In this document: one piece after another, positions 44,494-53,668 of the stretch | Layout of the letters: each line of letters opens with the position of its first letter | Numbering within the stretch: position 1 is the first letter of the stretch | Assembly (NCBI GenBank): GCA_041650915.1 | Contig: JBAZKE010000001.1 | Location: forward strand, 187,284-251,283 | Length of the DNA stretch: 64,000 nucleotides | Origin: Patescibacteria group bacterium | Lineage (GTDB): Bacteria; Patescibacteriota; Patescibacteriia; UBA10025; JAHIVO01 | Direction of reading: 5' to 3' | Program-made: the position numbers and the translations under genes | Notes under the pieces: generated by a model | What the model was told of the DNA's origin: nothing | What the model saw: only the letters and a program-made list of their open reading frames with translations | Database searches by the model: none

Positions 44494-46785
44494 ATGGTAA
44501 AAATAAAAAATATCAAGAAGCGGAGCGGCCAGATCGTGGCATTTGACCAGCAGAAGATTGCAAACGCGATCTATAAGGCTACGAAGTCGATCCAGAAGGA
44601 AGACGCGAAGCTCGCAGACAAGCTTTCAAAAAAGGTGGTCAGCATACTCCGGAAGAAATTTGATGAAACGACAGTGCCGACAGTCGAGCAAATACAGGAT
44701 ATTGTTGAAGAAGTTCTCATCAAAGAAGATCAGATCCAGCTGGCGAAAGCATATATTCTCTACCGGAAGGAGCACCAGAAGATTCGGGAAGCAAAGGGGT
44801 CGTACATCGGCTTGCCCGAGCTCGATACAAAGCTCTCAATCAATGCGCTCCGCGTGCTCAGCAAGCGGTACCTGCGTAAAGCTCGGAACGGCAAGGTAGT
44901 TGAAACACCGAAAGAGATGTTCCGCCGGGTTGCCCAGAATATCGCCCAGGCGGATGAACGCTACGATAGCCTGCTCAACCAGGAAGTTGATGCGGAGAAG
45001 ACCGAGCGGGAGTTCTATAAGATGATGTTTAATTTGGAGTTTATCCCGAATTCTCCGACGCTCATGAACGCCGGCAAGGAATTGCAGCAGCTCGCCGCAT
45101 GTTTTGTGTTGCCGGTCGGCGATTCGATGGAGGAGATTTTTGATGCGGTTAAGTGGACAGCCCTCGTCCACAAGACGGGCGGCGGGACCGGCTTCGCGTT
45201 TTCGAGGCTCCGCCCGAAGAGCGATCGCGTCATGTCTACCAAGGGCGTCGCATCCGGTCCCGTTTCATTCATGACGGTATTTGATGCAGCCACTGAGACG
45301 GTCAAGCAGGGAGGCACGCGCCGGGGCGCGAATATGGGCATCCTCCGCGTTGACCACCCTGATATACTGGAGTTTGTGACTGCGAAAGAAAATAATGACA
45401 GGCTCAATAATTTTAATATTTCTGTGGCGGTCACCGAGGATTTTATGCGTGCCGTTGAGCAGGGCACCGAGTATGATTTGCTGAATCCGAGGAATAAAGA
45501 ATCGGTGGACAGGTTGAACGCACGAAAAGTGTTCGACCTGATCGTGACGCTCGCGTGGAAGAATGGCGATCCGGGCATCGTTTTCATTGACCGCATCAAT
45601 AAGGACAATCCAACGCCGCACGTGGGCGAGATTGAGGCGACGAATCCGTGCGGTGAGCAGCCGCTCCTTCCCTTTGAGGCGTGCAACCTCGGCTCGATCA
45701 ACCTCGCAAAGATGGTACAGGGAGACTTCTCGCTCGGCGAGCCGGTTGAAATGGACTGGGATAAGCTCCGAAAAACAGTCCGGATGTCCATCCACTTCCT
45801 CGATAACGTTATCGATATGAGCAACTACCCGCTGCCGCAGATTACTGAAATGGTCAATAACAACAGGAAGATCGGCCTTGGAGTTATGGGGTGGGCTGAC
45901 CTGCTCATCATGCTCGGGATACCGTACGATTCCGATGAGGCGGTGGAATTCGCCGAAAAGGTGATGAAGTTCATCAAGGATGAGTCGAGGAAAATGTCGC
46001 ATGAACTCGCCGAGGACCGCGGCCAGTTTCCGAATTTTGAAGGGAGCATTTTTGATACGAAGGACGCGCTCAAGTTGCGGAATGCGACTACCAATACGAT
46101 CGCGCCGACTGGCACGATCAGCATTATCGCTGGATGCTCTTCCGGCATTGAGCCGCTCTTCGCGATCTCATACATCCGCAACGTGATGGACGATAATGAG
46201 CTCATCGAGGTCAATCCGATTTTCGAGCAACTCGCACGTCGTGAGGGCTTCTACTCCGAGGAGCTCATGAAAAAAATCGCTGAGGCAGGCGGTGTGCAGG
46301 GTTTGGATGAGGTACCGGCGAAGTGGCAGCGCCTGTTTGTCGTATCTCACGACATCATGCCGGAGTGGCACCTGAAAATGCAGGCCGCGTTCCAAAAGTA
46401 TACGGACAATGCGGTTTCAAAAACCGTCAACTTCGCGCACGATGCGACTGCAGCCGATATCGAGCAGGTGTACATGCTCGCCTTCAAGCACGGCTGCAAA
46501 GGCGTGACGATCTACCGTGATCGATCGCGCGAATCGCAGGTACTCAACATCGGCAAGGTAAACCATAAAGAGCAGAAGAAGTCGTTCAGCTACAGCTATG
46601 ATGCTATTCGAAATGGGGCAACCGAACGCGAAGCGGAGCCGGCCGAAACTGAAGCAAAAGAAAAGGTGCCGGTTACCGCCGGCCACGGCATTAAAATTTG
46701 CCCTGACTGCAAGAGTGCAATGGAGGTCAAGGAAGGATGCTCAACCTGTCCGAACTGCGGATTTTCCGCATGCAGCCTTGGTTAA
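44494..46785 (+). CDS. nrdJ: Class II (adenosylcobalamin-dependent) ribonucleotide reductase
   Basis: 763 aa. N-terminal ATP-cone, RNR core with 'NPCGEQPL', 'PTLMNAGKE' and 'CNLGSINL' motifs, and a C-terminal Cys-rich tail CPDCK…CSTCPNCG. No beta subunit or glycyl-radical motif is present. Confidence 0.85.
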   Translation: MVKIKNIKKRSGQIVAFDQQKIANAIYKATKSIQKEDAKLADKLSKKVVSILRKKFDETTVPTVEQIQDIVEEVLIKEDQIQLAKAYILYRKEHQKIREAKGSYIGLPELDTKLSINALRVLSKRYLRKARNGKVVETPKEMFRRVAQNIAQADERYDSLLNQEVDAEKTEREFYKMMFNLEFIPNSPTLMNAGKELQQLAACFVLPVGDSMEEIFDAVKWTALVHKTGGGTGFAFSRLRPKSDRVMSTKGVASGPVSFMTVFDAATETVKQGGTRRGANMGILRVDHPDILEFVTAKENNDRLNNFNISVAVTEDFMRAVEQGTEYDLLNPRNKESVDRLNARKVFDLIVTLAWKNGDPGIVFIDRINKDNPTPHVGEIEATNPCGEQPLLPFEACNLGSINLAKMVQGDFSLGEPVEMDWDKLRKTVRMSIHFLDNVIDMSNYPLPQITEMVNNNRKIGLGVMGWADLLIMLGIPYDSDEAVEFAEKVMKFIKDESRKMSHELAEDRGQFPNFEGSIFDTKDALKLRNATTNTIAPTGTISIIAGCSSGIEPLFAISYIRNVMDDNELIEVNPIFEQLARREGFYSEELMKKIAEAGGVQGLDEVPAKWQRLFVVSHDIMPEWHLKMQAAFQKYTDNAVSKTVNFAHDATAADIEQVYMLAFKHGCKGVTIYRDRSRESQVLNIGKVNHKEQKKSFSYSYDAIRNGATEREAEPAETEAKEKVPVTAGHGIKICPDCKSAMEVKEGCSTCPNCGFSACSLG

Positions 46786-46886
46786 TGGGGTAATAACCGG
46801 GAGTTTTCCCTCATAGCCCCTTTTTCCTCCGCATACCTTACCTCGGGGCCCGCGAGATTTGTAGGCTCGGCAGAGCATCGATTTTT

Positions 46887-47432
46887 ATGAAGTATAAAGT
46901 CATAGATCGGGGTTTGGTGCACGTTTACACTGGCGATGGCAAGGGAAAGACCACCGCGGCATTGGGATTGGCAGTGCGGGCGATCAGCTATAGGAAAAGG
47001 GTGCTTATCGTGCAGTTTATCAAGGGGCCGTGGCGTTCGGGTGAGCTGAATATTATACAGCGGCTGCGGCCGTACCTTACTATCCATGCGATGGGAGAGG
47101 GTTTCGTCAAGATACTCGGCGACCGCAAACCCCTGAGCGTGCATAGGAAAGCTGCACAGGGCGCGCTGCGTTTTGCGCAGCGGGCAATGCGGTCAGGCAG
47201 GTATGATATCGTTGTTCTCGACGAGGTCAATGTGGCGGTACGCGAGCGCCTGCTGGCGGTATCGCAGGTTGCTGAGCTGGTCAGAAAGAAGCCACGTGAA
47301 CTTGAGCTCGTATTGACCGGAAGAAATGCCGCTGCTACAATTGAAAGGCTCGCTGATTACGTTTCCCATATTCGTGAGATTCGGCACCCCTACCGGCGGG
47401 GCATTCTTGCCCGGCAGTCGATCGACTATTAA
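46887..47432 (+). CDS. cobO: Cob(I)yrinic acid a,c-diamide / cob(I)alamin adenosyltransferase (CobO/CobA/BtuR family)
   Basis: 181 aa. P-loop 'GDGKGKTTAALGLAVRA', 'VQFIKG' and 'VVLDE' motifs of the BtuR/CobA family. Confidence 0.85.
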   Translation: MKYKVIDRGLVHVYTGDGKGKTTAALGLAVRAISYRKRVLIVQFIKGPWRSGELNIIQRLRPYLTIHAMGEGFVKILGDRKPLSVHRKAAQGALRFAQRAMRSGRYDIVVLDEVNVAVRERLLAVSQVAELVRKKPRELELVLTGRNAAATIERLADYVSHIREIRHPYRRGILARQSIDY

Positions 47433-47439
47433 CAATTTA

Positions 47440-47633
47440 TTATAGCGAAGGGAAGTGTGGTGGAAAACCAACGCGATCCCGTCACTGTAATCGGGGAATT
47501 TGCTTCCGTATCATGCCACTGGCTTGCTCGCGTGTGAGCTAGCTGGGAAGGCAGGGAGCAGGTTGAGATCCGAGAGCCAGAATACCTTCGTGCACGGAAA
47601 GTCCCTTCGGTTGAGAGGGCGAAAGATTAAACG
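47440..47633 (+). promoter_or_regulatory. Cobalamin (B12) riboswitch aptamer
   Basis: GAAGGGAAgtgtGGTGGAAAACCaacgcgaTCCCGtCACTGTaa … atcatGCCACTGGcttg … GGGAAGGCagg … GAGCCAGAATACCttcg. These match the conserved AGGGAA / GGTGnAAAnCC / CCCGCCACTG / GGGAAGGC / B12-box elements in the canonical order. Confidence 0.6.
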
Positions 47634-47686
47634 AATCTTAGCTTTGAGACCACTGTGGGGAGGCTAAGATTTTTTAAAAAAAGGAA
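47634..47686 (+). terminator. Intrinsic terminator forming the riboswitch expression platform
   Basis: AATCTTAGCtttgagaccactgtggggagGCTAAGATTTTTTaaaaaaa immediately 5' of the AAGGAA RBS and the ATG at 47691. Confidence 0.55.
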
Positions 47687-47690
47687 TCCT

Positions 47691-48176
47691 ATGAAGCACC
47701 AAACACATGTCGGCTATACCGTCGCGGTTGTTGCGCTCGGCGTTGCTTTTATGACCGCGCTCGCCCTATTCGGGTACACGGTCGAGCAGGATGTAGCGGA
47801 GATAGCGCAGCAGCGCTATGATGCGGTTCAGGCGCCAGTTCCGTCAGGGCAGGTTGCCGGCGTCGCCGTTGAGCTCGCCACGGTTAGCATTGATCGCGGT
47901 AACGGCAATTCAATCAGCTATCAGATTGAGGTGTCCGGAGAGACGACAGTCCTCGATGCGCTCGAGCTTGCGGCTGATCAGTACGGTCTGGAGATCAAGA
48001 CGACGGAGTACGACTTCGGCACCATCGTCGATGGGATCGGGGGGATGCTCGGCGGATTTGAAAATCAGTATTGGATTTACTATATCGACGGCGTCATGGC
48101 GGTCAGCTCAGTCGATACCCAGATCGTGGAGCCCGGCGATATGGTCGAGTTTCGATTCGAAGAAAGCACGTTTTAG
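47691..48176 (+). CDS. DUF4430-domain protein (putative membrane-anchored corrinoid-binding protein)
   Basis: N-terminal TM anchor (VGYTVAVVALGVAFMTALALFGY) followed by a beta-rich domain ending '…GFENQYWIYYIDGVMAVSSVDTQIVEPGDMVEFRFE', characteristic of DUF4430. It is the first gene after the B12 riboswitch. Confidence 0.6.
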   Translation: MKHQTHVGYTVAVVALGVAFMTALALFGYTVEQDVAEIAQQRYDAVQAPVPSGQVAGVAVELATVSIDRGNGNSISYQIEVSGETTVLDALELAADQYGLEIKTTEYDFGTIVDGIGGMLGGFENQYWIYYIDGVMAVSSVDTQIVEPGDMVEFRFEESTF

Positions 48177-48204
48177 CACGTCAGTGATGAAAGAGGACAA
48201 CCAC

Positions 48205-48738
48205 ATGAAAAAAAACATTTACTTTCTGCTCTTCCTGGCGCTCATCGCCGGGGCGAGCGTACTCATGCGGCTGCTGCCGCACCCCGCAAACTTCATTCCG
48301 ATCGGCGCCCTCGCACTCTTCAGCGGGACGCACATCCGGTCGCGGTGGGGAATTCTCCTGCCGGTCGCGGTAATGGCAGTGAGCGATATCATCATAGGCC
48401 TGCACAGCCTCTACCTTGTTACCTGGGGCAGCTTTCTCCTGATCGGCATGATCGGCTGGTGGGTACGGAACAAGAAGAGTGCGCTGCGCATCGTCAGCGG
48501 ATCCGTGACGGGCTCAGTTCTATTTTTTCTGTTGACGAATTTTGCCGTATGGCTCTTCACGCCGCTCTACGCAAAGACTACGGCAGGGCTTGTACAGTGC
48601 TACTATATGGCAATCCCGTTTTTTAGAAATACCATCCTTGGTGATCTGTTCTACGTCGCTGTTTTTTTCGGCCTGTACGCCATTATCAGAAAAACAGCGG
48701 CTGTATACCGCAAGCAATCCATGACGGCAATCCAGTAG
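48205..48738 (+). CDS. Small polytopic membrane protein, ECF-transporter S-component-like (candidate corrinoid-specific CbrT-type)
   Basis: 178 aa with ~5-6 TM helices, co-transcribed with the DUF4430 gene downstream of the B12 riboswitch. Family assignment is by context and architecture only. The longer six-frame ORF from 47818 overlaps the DUF4430 gene and is rejected. Confidence 0.45.
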   Translation: MKKNIYFLLFLALIAGASVLMRLLPHPANFIPIGALALFSGTHIRSRWGILLPVAVMAVSDIIIGLHSLYLVTWGSFLLIGMIGWWVRNKKSALRIVSGSVTGSVLFFLLTNFAVWLFTPLYAKTTAGLVQCYYMAIPFFRNTILGDLFYVAVFFGLYAIIRKTAAVYRKQSMTAIQ

Positions 48739-48808
48739 GGCAGCCTGGCCGGATGCGAGGGGTTTCCCTGGTGCGCGTTATTTACTATAATAGAGGGTGT
48801 AATCCCTT

Positions 48809-49726
48809 ATGGCACCGTATCAACAGTACAAGCGCTATCGGCAGCCTTCTAAAAGGCCTATGCTCCAGATAGGCAAGATTGTCGTCTTTATCGGGATTGC
48901 ATTCATACTCTATCTTATTGGAAGGTCAATTTTTGGGAGCAGCCCAACTGTGGAGAGCGTGCTTCCGAATACTAACGCCACTGTCAATGCCGACGCTGGG
49001 ACCGAGAGTAGCAATTCGAACGGCAATACGAATGCAGGTTCGAATACCAATGGCGAAACAAACGTCAATTCAAACGTGAATGTCGATGCCTCTGAAGCCG
49101 CATCTTTCGATCTCGGTTCGTGCACGGGCGTGATATCGAGCGGCAAGGCCGGCACGAAAGCCGTGAGCCTTACCTTCAACGTCGGGACAACCAAGGAGGG
49201 GGAGGTTCAGAAGGTGCTTGATGCGCTCAAGAACGCGAATGTCGAGGCTGACTTTTTTGCCCGCGGCGACGTAGCTGAGGAGAATCCCGATCTGATCAAA
49301 AAAATCGGCGATGCTGGTTTTCCCATCCATAATTTGAGCTACAGCCATCCGTACTTTACGGACCTTCCGACGAGCGGCATGGCGGAGCAGCTCGAGAATG
49401 CCGAGGCGGCGATTTCCCAGCGGACCGGCAAGACGACGAAACCGTTTTTCCGGCCGCCGTACGGCGATGCAGATGAGGACGTCGCTGCAGCCGCGCATGA
49501 AGCTGGCTACTGCACCGTAACGTGGAGCATTGATGCGATGGATTGGTCAACCGAATTCACCGCGGTACAGTCGAAAGAGCGGGTACTGTCGAATGTGAAG
49601 AACGGTTCGATCATACTTATGCAGGCGAGCAACTCCACGACCGCTGAAATCATTCAAGACGTCATTACGGAGCTCAAGAACGGCGGCTACGCCATCGTCA
49701 AACTTGAATCACTACTTGCACCGTAG
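48809..49726 (+). CDS. Polysaccharide deacetylase (CE4/NodB domain), membrane-anchored
   Basis: N-terminal TM helix and Asn-rich linker, then NodB motifs ('TFNVGT', 'HNLSYSHPYFTDL', 'FFRPPYGD', 'ILMQAS'). Confidence 0.8.
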   Translation: MAPYQQYKRYRQPSKRPMLQIGKIVVFIGIAFILYLIGRSIFGSSPTVESVLPNTNATVNADAGTESSNSNGNTNAGSNTNGETNVNSNVNVDASEAASFDLGSCTGVISSGKAGTKAVSLTFNVGTTKEGEVQKVLDALKNANVEADFFARGDVAEENPDLIKKIGDAGFPIHNLSYSHPYFTDLPTSGMAEQLENAEAAISQRTGKTTKPFFRPPYGDADEDVAAAAHEAGYCTVTWSIDAMDWSTEFTAVQSKERVLSNVKNGSIILMQASNSTTAEIIQDVITELKNGGYAIVKLESLLAP

Positions 49727-49729
49727 CGT

Positions 49730-49942
49730 ATGTCGGAAGAAGAGCTCAAACAGCTGCTGAATACAAATATCGAACTAACGCGGAGCGTGTATGAGTCGCT
49801 CGAGCGCCAGCGCAAGGTAAGGCTCTGGACGCTCATTCTCGGCATTGCGGTGATTGTGCTTCCGTTGATTGCAGCCGCATTTGCCGTTCCATGGATGATC
49901 AGCACCATCGAGTCGTACTACGGGGGTGCGCTCAATTACTAG
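49730..49942 (+). CDS. Small membrane protein, hypothetical
   Basis: 70 aa with one TM helix, starting 4 bp after the deacetylase stop. Confidence 0.4.
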   Translation: MSEEELKQLLNTNIELTRSVYESLERQRKVRLWTLILGIAVIVLPLIAAAFAVPWMISTIESYYGGALNY

Positions 49943-50018
49943 AATGGCGGACGACTTGACAGGTCGGGAAAAGCTGATTCATAATAGTAGTACTCTAATA
50001 CATTAGCTATTTTTTCAT

Positions 50019-51347
50019 ATGGCAGTAATATCGAAATCAAAATCAGGAACAAAAAAGTTGCCTCCCGCAGCGGGCAGTAAGCCCGACGGGAACAATCCTT
50101 CCGCCGGAATCGAACCGCCCCGACAGGCGCTCCGTACGGTCGCCATTTTCACCATTACACTCAGCGTGCTGTTCGGAGGGATAGCAGGGGCTGTGTTCGG
50201 AGCGTGGATAAGCACCGATGAATCCGCCGCGTCGTGGATCCAGCAGAACGTTTTTGGCACGTCATCAACGCAGTCCGTTGTTCCGCCGGTGGGCGAGTCA
50301 AAAATTATGATTGTTGAAGAGGAATCGGCAACAATCGACGTCGTAGAGACAGTCCGTCCCTCTGTCGTCAGCATAGTCGTAACACAGGATTTGAGCACTA
50401 TCTACAATTTAACAGGCCCGAATTTGTCGCCGTTTGGGGACCTCTTTTCTTTTCCGGGAGAGCAGGCGCCGGAGGGGGAGCAGGAGGTTGGAGCGGGGAC
50501 GGGTTTTATCATCAGGGCTGACGGCCTCATCCTTACTAATAAGCACGTCGTGGCGACGGAGGATGCGGAGTATACCGTTATCCTCAACGACGGGGAGCAG
50601 TTTGACGCGACGATTATCGATACGGACCCGTTCAACGATATCGCGCTGCTTAAGATCGACGCTACGGACTTGCCGGCGGTTGAGCTCGGTGATTCTGATG
50701 CGCTCAAGATAGGGCAGACCGTGATCGCGATCGGCAATACGCTCGGTGAGTACCAGAATACGGTCACGCAAGGCATCGTTTCCGGCCTCTCACGCACGGT
50801 CACGGCAGGGGACGGCAGGGGCCAGTCTGAGACGCTCGAGGGCATCGTCCAGACCGATGCCGCAATCAACTCGGGCAATTCCGGCGGGCCACTCCTCAAT
50901 CTCGACGGGCAGGTCATCGGCGTCAATACCGCCATTAGCCTCGACGGACAGCTCGTAGGATTTGCGATACCGATCAACCAGGCGAAGCGGTCGATCGACA
51001 GCGTCGAAGAATACGGCCGGATCGTGCGCCCGTACCTCGGCGTACGGTACATGCTGCTCAATGAGGAGATTGCCAAAGAAAACAACCTTCCAGTCGATTA
51101 TGGCGCGCTGGTTGTAAAGGGCAGCCAGGCGTCAGACCTTGCGATCGTACCGGGAAGCCCGGCTGACATCGCGGGGCTCGAGGAGAATGATATTATTCTT
51201 GAGGTGGATGGCGAGCGCATAACCGAAGAACGGAGCCTCGCGAAGCAGCTCCAGCAGTACAATCCCGGCGATACGGTCACGCTCAAGCTGCTGCACGACG
51301 GCGCGGAGAAGACCGTGGAAGCGGTTCTTGCGGAGGTTGAAGAGTAA
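50019..51347 (+). CDS. htrA: HtrA/DegP-family serine protease with PDZ domain
   Basis: Catalytic triad context 'TNKHVV', 'DIALLKI', 'GNSGGPLLN', plus a C-terminal PDZ domain and an N-terminal TM anchor. Confidence 0.85.
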   Translation: MAVISKSKSGTKKLPPAAGSKPDGNNPSAGIEPPRQALRTVAIFTITLSVLFGGIAGAVFGAWISTDESAASWIQQNVFGTSSTQSVVPPVGESKIMIVEEESATIDVVETVRPSVVSIVVTQDLSTIYNLTGPNLSPFGDLFSFPGEQAPEGEQEVGAGTGFIIRADGLILTNKHVVATEDAEYTVILNDGEQFDATIIDTDPFNDIALLKIDATDLPAVELGDSDALKIGQTVIAIGNTLGEYQNTVTQGIVSGLSRTVTAGDGRGQSETLEGIVQTDAAINSGNSGGPLLNLDGQVIGVNTAISLDGQLVGFAIPINQAKRSIDSVEEYGRIVRPYLGVRYMLLNEEIAKENNLPVDYGALVVKGSQASDLAIVPGSPADIAGLEENDIILEVDGERITEERSLAKQLQQYNPGDTVTLKLLHDGAEKTVEAVLAEVEE

Positions 51348-51369
51348 TTAATTCCTCATACATACCACT

Positions 51370-52032
51370 ATGAAACGAGAAGCCGCTCAGGAAGATATGG
51401 TCGGAGATGGGATGGAGAGTAAAAAGCCCGGCATGGAACCGCAGGCAGACGAGGCGGCAGCAGTGGAGCCAGAGGCGCCCGATGATGAAGTTGCCGAACC
51501 AGTCGCTGGCGCCACAGCGGGTAGGGGTAAGCAGCGAGCAGTGCCTCCGGAAAGCGTGATAGCCCGTGAACCGGTAGGACAGAGCCGACAGCCAGATCAG
51601 GATCAGCACCCTGCAGGCGAGGTCCATAACGTTGAGCAGGCGGAGGGCATTGACAGTGGAGAGGTGAAGATGCGGGATGAGCGCGAGTTTTTCGAAAAGC
51701 TCTTTCGGGCGATGGATCGCTACCGTGATCCAGGCTGGACTCTGGGGAAAATCAGGGCAAACAGCGCTTCAATGCGCCCGCTGCTTGGGGAAATCGAAGA
51801 TTTGCTTGAGGGGGGCGGCATTTCGAGCAAGGACACGAAGAAGAAACTGCTCACCGAAGTGCTGACGCAGGTCAGGGAGGCGAAGGGTTTTGATGATTTT
51901 TTCCGCTCGATATCGAAGCGCGGGGCAATGCCTGCGGGCAGCACGCTCGCAGAGTTCCACGATGCTTTCATCGCGGGACGGGAAGCGCAACGCCACGACG
52001 AGATCGGGGATGATGTCACTTCTGCGGCTTAG
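51370..52032 (+). CDS. Acidic hypothetical protein (disordered N-terminus)
   Basis: 220 aa, Glu/Asp/Ala-rich N-terminal third, no recognisable motif. Confidence 0.45.
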   Translation: MKREAAQEDMVGDGMESKKPGMEPQADEAAAVEPEAPDDEVAEPVAGATAGRGKQRAVPPESVIAREPVGQSRQPDQDQHPAGEVHNVEQAEGIDSGEVKMRDEREFFEKLFRAMDRYRDPGWTLGKIRANSASMRPLLGEIEDLLEGGGISSKDTKKKLLTEVLTQVREAKGFDDFFRSISKRGAMPAGSTLAEFHDAFIAGREAQRHDEIGDDVTSAA

Positions 52033-52056
52033 CAATTTTTACGCAATATTTTTTAA

Positions 52057-52082
52057 CAGCCCCCGCTTTTCGCTGGGGGCTG
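52057..52082. terminator. Hairpin between convergent genes (likely terminator)
   Basis: CAGCCCCCGcttttcgCTGGGGGCTG with a weak T tail, between the hypothetical gene (+) and glnA (-). Confidence 0.4.
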
Positions 52083-52110
52083 TTGTAATCCTGATTGCGG
52101 GAGGGCGCTC

Positions 52111-53463
52111 CTAGAGGTCCTGGAGGTAATGCTTGAGTTCGTAATCGGTCACCGTTTTCCTGAAGTTATCCCACTCAATTTGCTTGTTTGCTATGAGCGA
52201 GTTGAATACGTGTTCGCCGAGCGTCTGTTTCATGAGCGGATCCTTTTTGAAGTGCTCGATTGCTTCACTCAGGTTTGACGGGAGTGAATCGATGCCGAGC
52301 TGGTTCCTCCGCTCGGGTGACATTGAAAAAATATCTTCTTCGATTGGAGGGGGGAGCGCTGCCGGATTTTGTATGCCGTCGAGCGCTGCAGCCTGCATGA
52401 CCGCAAAAACGAGGTACGGGTTGCACGCGGGGTCGGGATTGCGCAGCTCAATCCGTGCGGCACTCGCGTTTTTAAATGCGGGGATGCGTATAAGGGAGGT
52501 GCGGTTTCTTGTGCCGTACGAGATATACGCCGGAGCTTCAAACCCGGGAATGAGGCGCTTGTATGAGTTAACCCATTGGTTCGTGATCAGGCACATTCCT
52601 CTGATGTGGCGCAGCATGCCCGCGATGCAGTTATGGGCTACTTCAGAGAGCGCGAACGTGCCATGCTCATCGTAGAAGATGTTGTGCGTGCCATTAGGAT
52701 CATTTCCATCATTTTTGAATATGGAGAAATGTACATGCATTCCTGATCCGTTCTGGTCGGAGAGCGGCTTCGGCATGAAGGTAGCGTAAATTTCCTCCTG
52801 GATCGCCGTTTCCTTGATGACGAACCGTGCCGTCATCAGCTGGTCTGCCATTTTAAGCATCCGGTGGTAGTGGGGATCGATCTCATGCTGTGAGTGCGCG
52901 ACTTCGTGGTGGAGGCTCTCAATTTTAACTCCCATTTGCTCGAGCGCCGAAACCGCCTTTTTCCGGGCGCGCGTCCCCTGGTCTACGGTTGAGGCGTCGA
53001 AGTACCCGCGCTTGTCGAGAATGTCGGTTCCGCAATTATTTTTAAAGTAGAAGTACTCTATTTCCGGACCGGCTTTTGCGATCAAGCCTTCGCGCTCGAG
53101 CCGCTGTGTGGTTTGCTTGAGGATATGCCGCGGATCGCCCTCGAAGGGGGTGCCGTCGGGCATCTGGACGTCACAGTACATAAACGCGACACGGTCGCCG
53201 TTAATCGGCCAGGGAAATACGTTAAACGATTCGATATCCGGTTTAATAATCAGATCCGATTCCTCTATTCGGGCGAATCCTTCAATAGAGGAGCCGTCGA
53301 TGGTCTGCCCCTGGTCGAGGACCTTGTCGAGTTCTCTTCTCGCAATGCTGATACTCTTGAGGCGGCCGAGGACATCGGTAAACTGCAGCCGGATGTAGCT
53401 GACATTCAGCTCGTCGATTTTTTCGTTGAGCTCTTGTACGGACGCTGGTTTTTTTTGCCTCAT
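52111..53463 (-). CDS. glnA: Glutamine synthetase, type I
   Basis: GS beta-grasp N-domain and catalytic domain motifs (e.g. 'GSGMHVHFS', 'NPY'). The six-frame ORF extends to 53601, but the conserved N-terminus begins at Met47 (MRQKKPASVQELNEK), so the start is set at 53463. Confidence 0.8.
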   Translation of the reverse strand: MRQKKPASVQELNEKIDELNVSYIRLQFTDVLGRLKSISIARRELDKVLDQGQTIDGSSIEGFARIEESDLIIKPDIESFNVFPWPINGDRVAFMYCDVQMPDGTPFEGDPRHILKQTTQRLEREGLIAKAGPEIEYFYFKNNCGTDILDKRGYFDASTVDQGTRARKKAVSALEQMGVKIESLHHEVAHSQHEIDPHYHRMLKMADQLMTARFVIKETAIQEEIYATFMPKPLSDQNGSGMHVHFSIFKNDGNDPNGTHNIFYDEHGTFALSEVAHNCIAGMLRHIRGMCLITNQWVNSYKRLIPGFEAPAYISYGTRNRTSLIRIPAFKNASAARIELRNPDPACNPYLVFAVMQAAALDGIQNPAALPPPIEEDIFSMSPERRNQLGIDSLPSNLSEAIEHFKKDPLMKQTLGEHVFNSLIANKQIEWDNFRKTVTDYELKHYLQDL

Positions 53464-53668
53464 AGCGGTTTCAGTTATTATATTAAACTGCCGGATTGTA
53501 CGAGTGAAGGAGCCCCCGCGGCTCCTTTGTACTAACAGTAGCGTATTTTCCGTGCGAATATTTAATATAGACAGTATAGAAGCAACGGCGAACCGCGTCA
53601 AATTTGCAAAAGCCGCTCCATTCAGCTATGATACCGATATTGACCGAACCGGTAAGAGCGCATATGAT

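Noticed and set aside
45015-46002. Two overlapping minus-strand ORFs (269 and 245 aa)
   Set aside because: Antisense to nrdJ, whose RNR motifs are unambiguous on the plus strand.
47818-48738. 306-aa plus-strand ORF overlapping the DUF4430 gene
   Set aside because: Its first ~130 codons overlap the DUF4430 gene in another frame and are Arg/Ser-rich. The conserved membrane protein begins at the ATG at 48205, which is preceded by an AAAGAGGA RBS.
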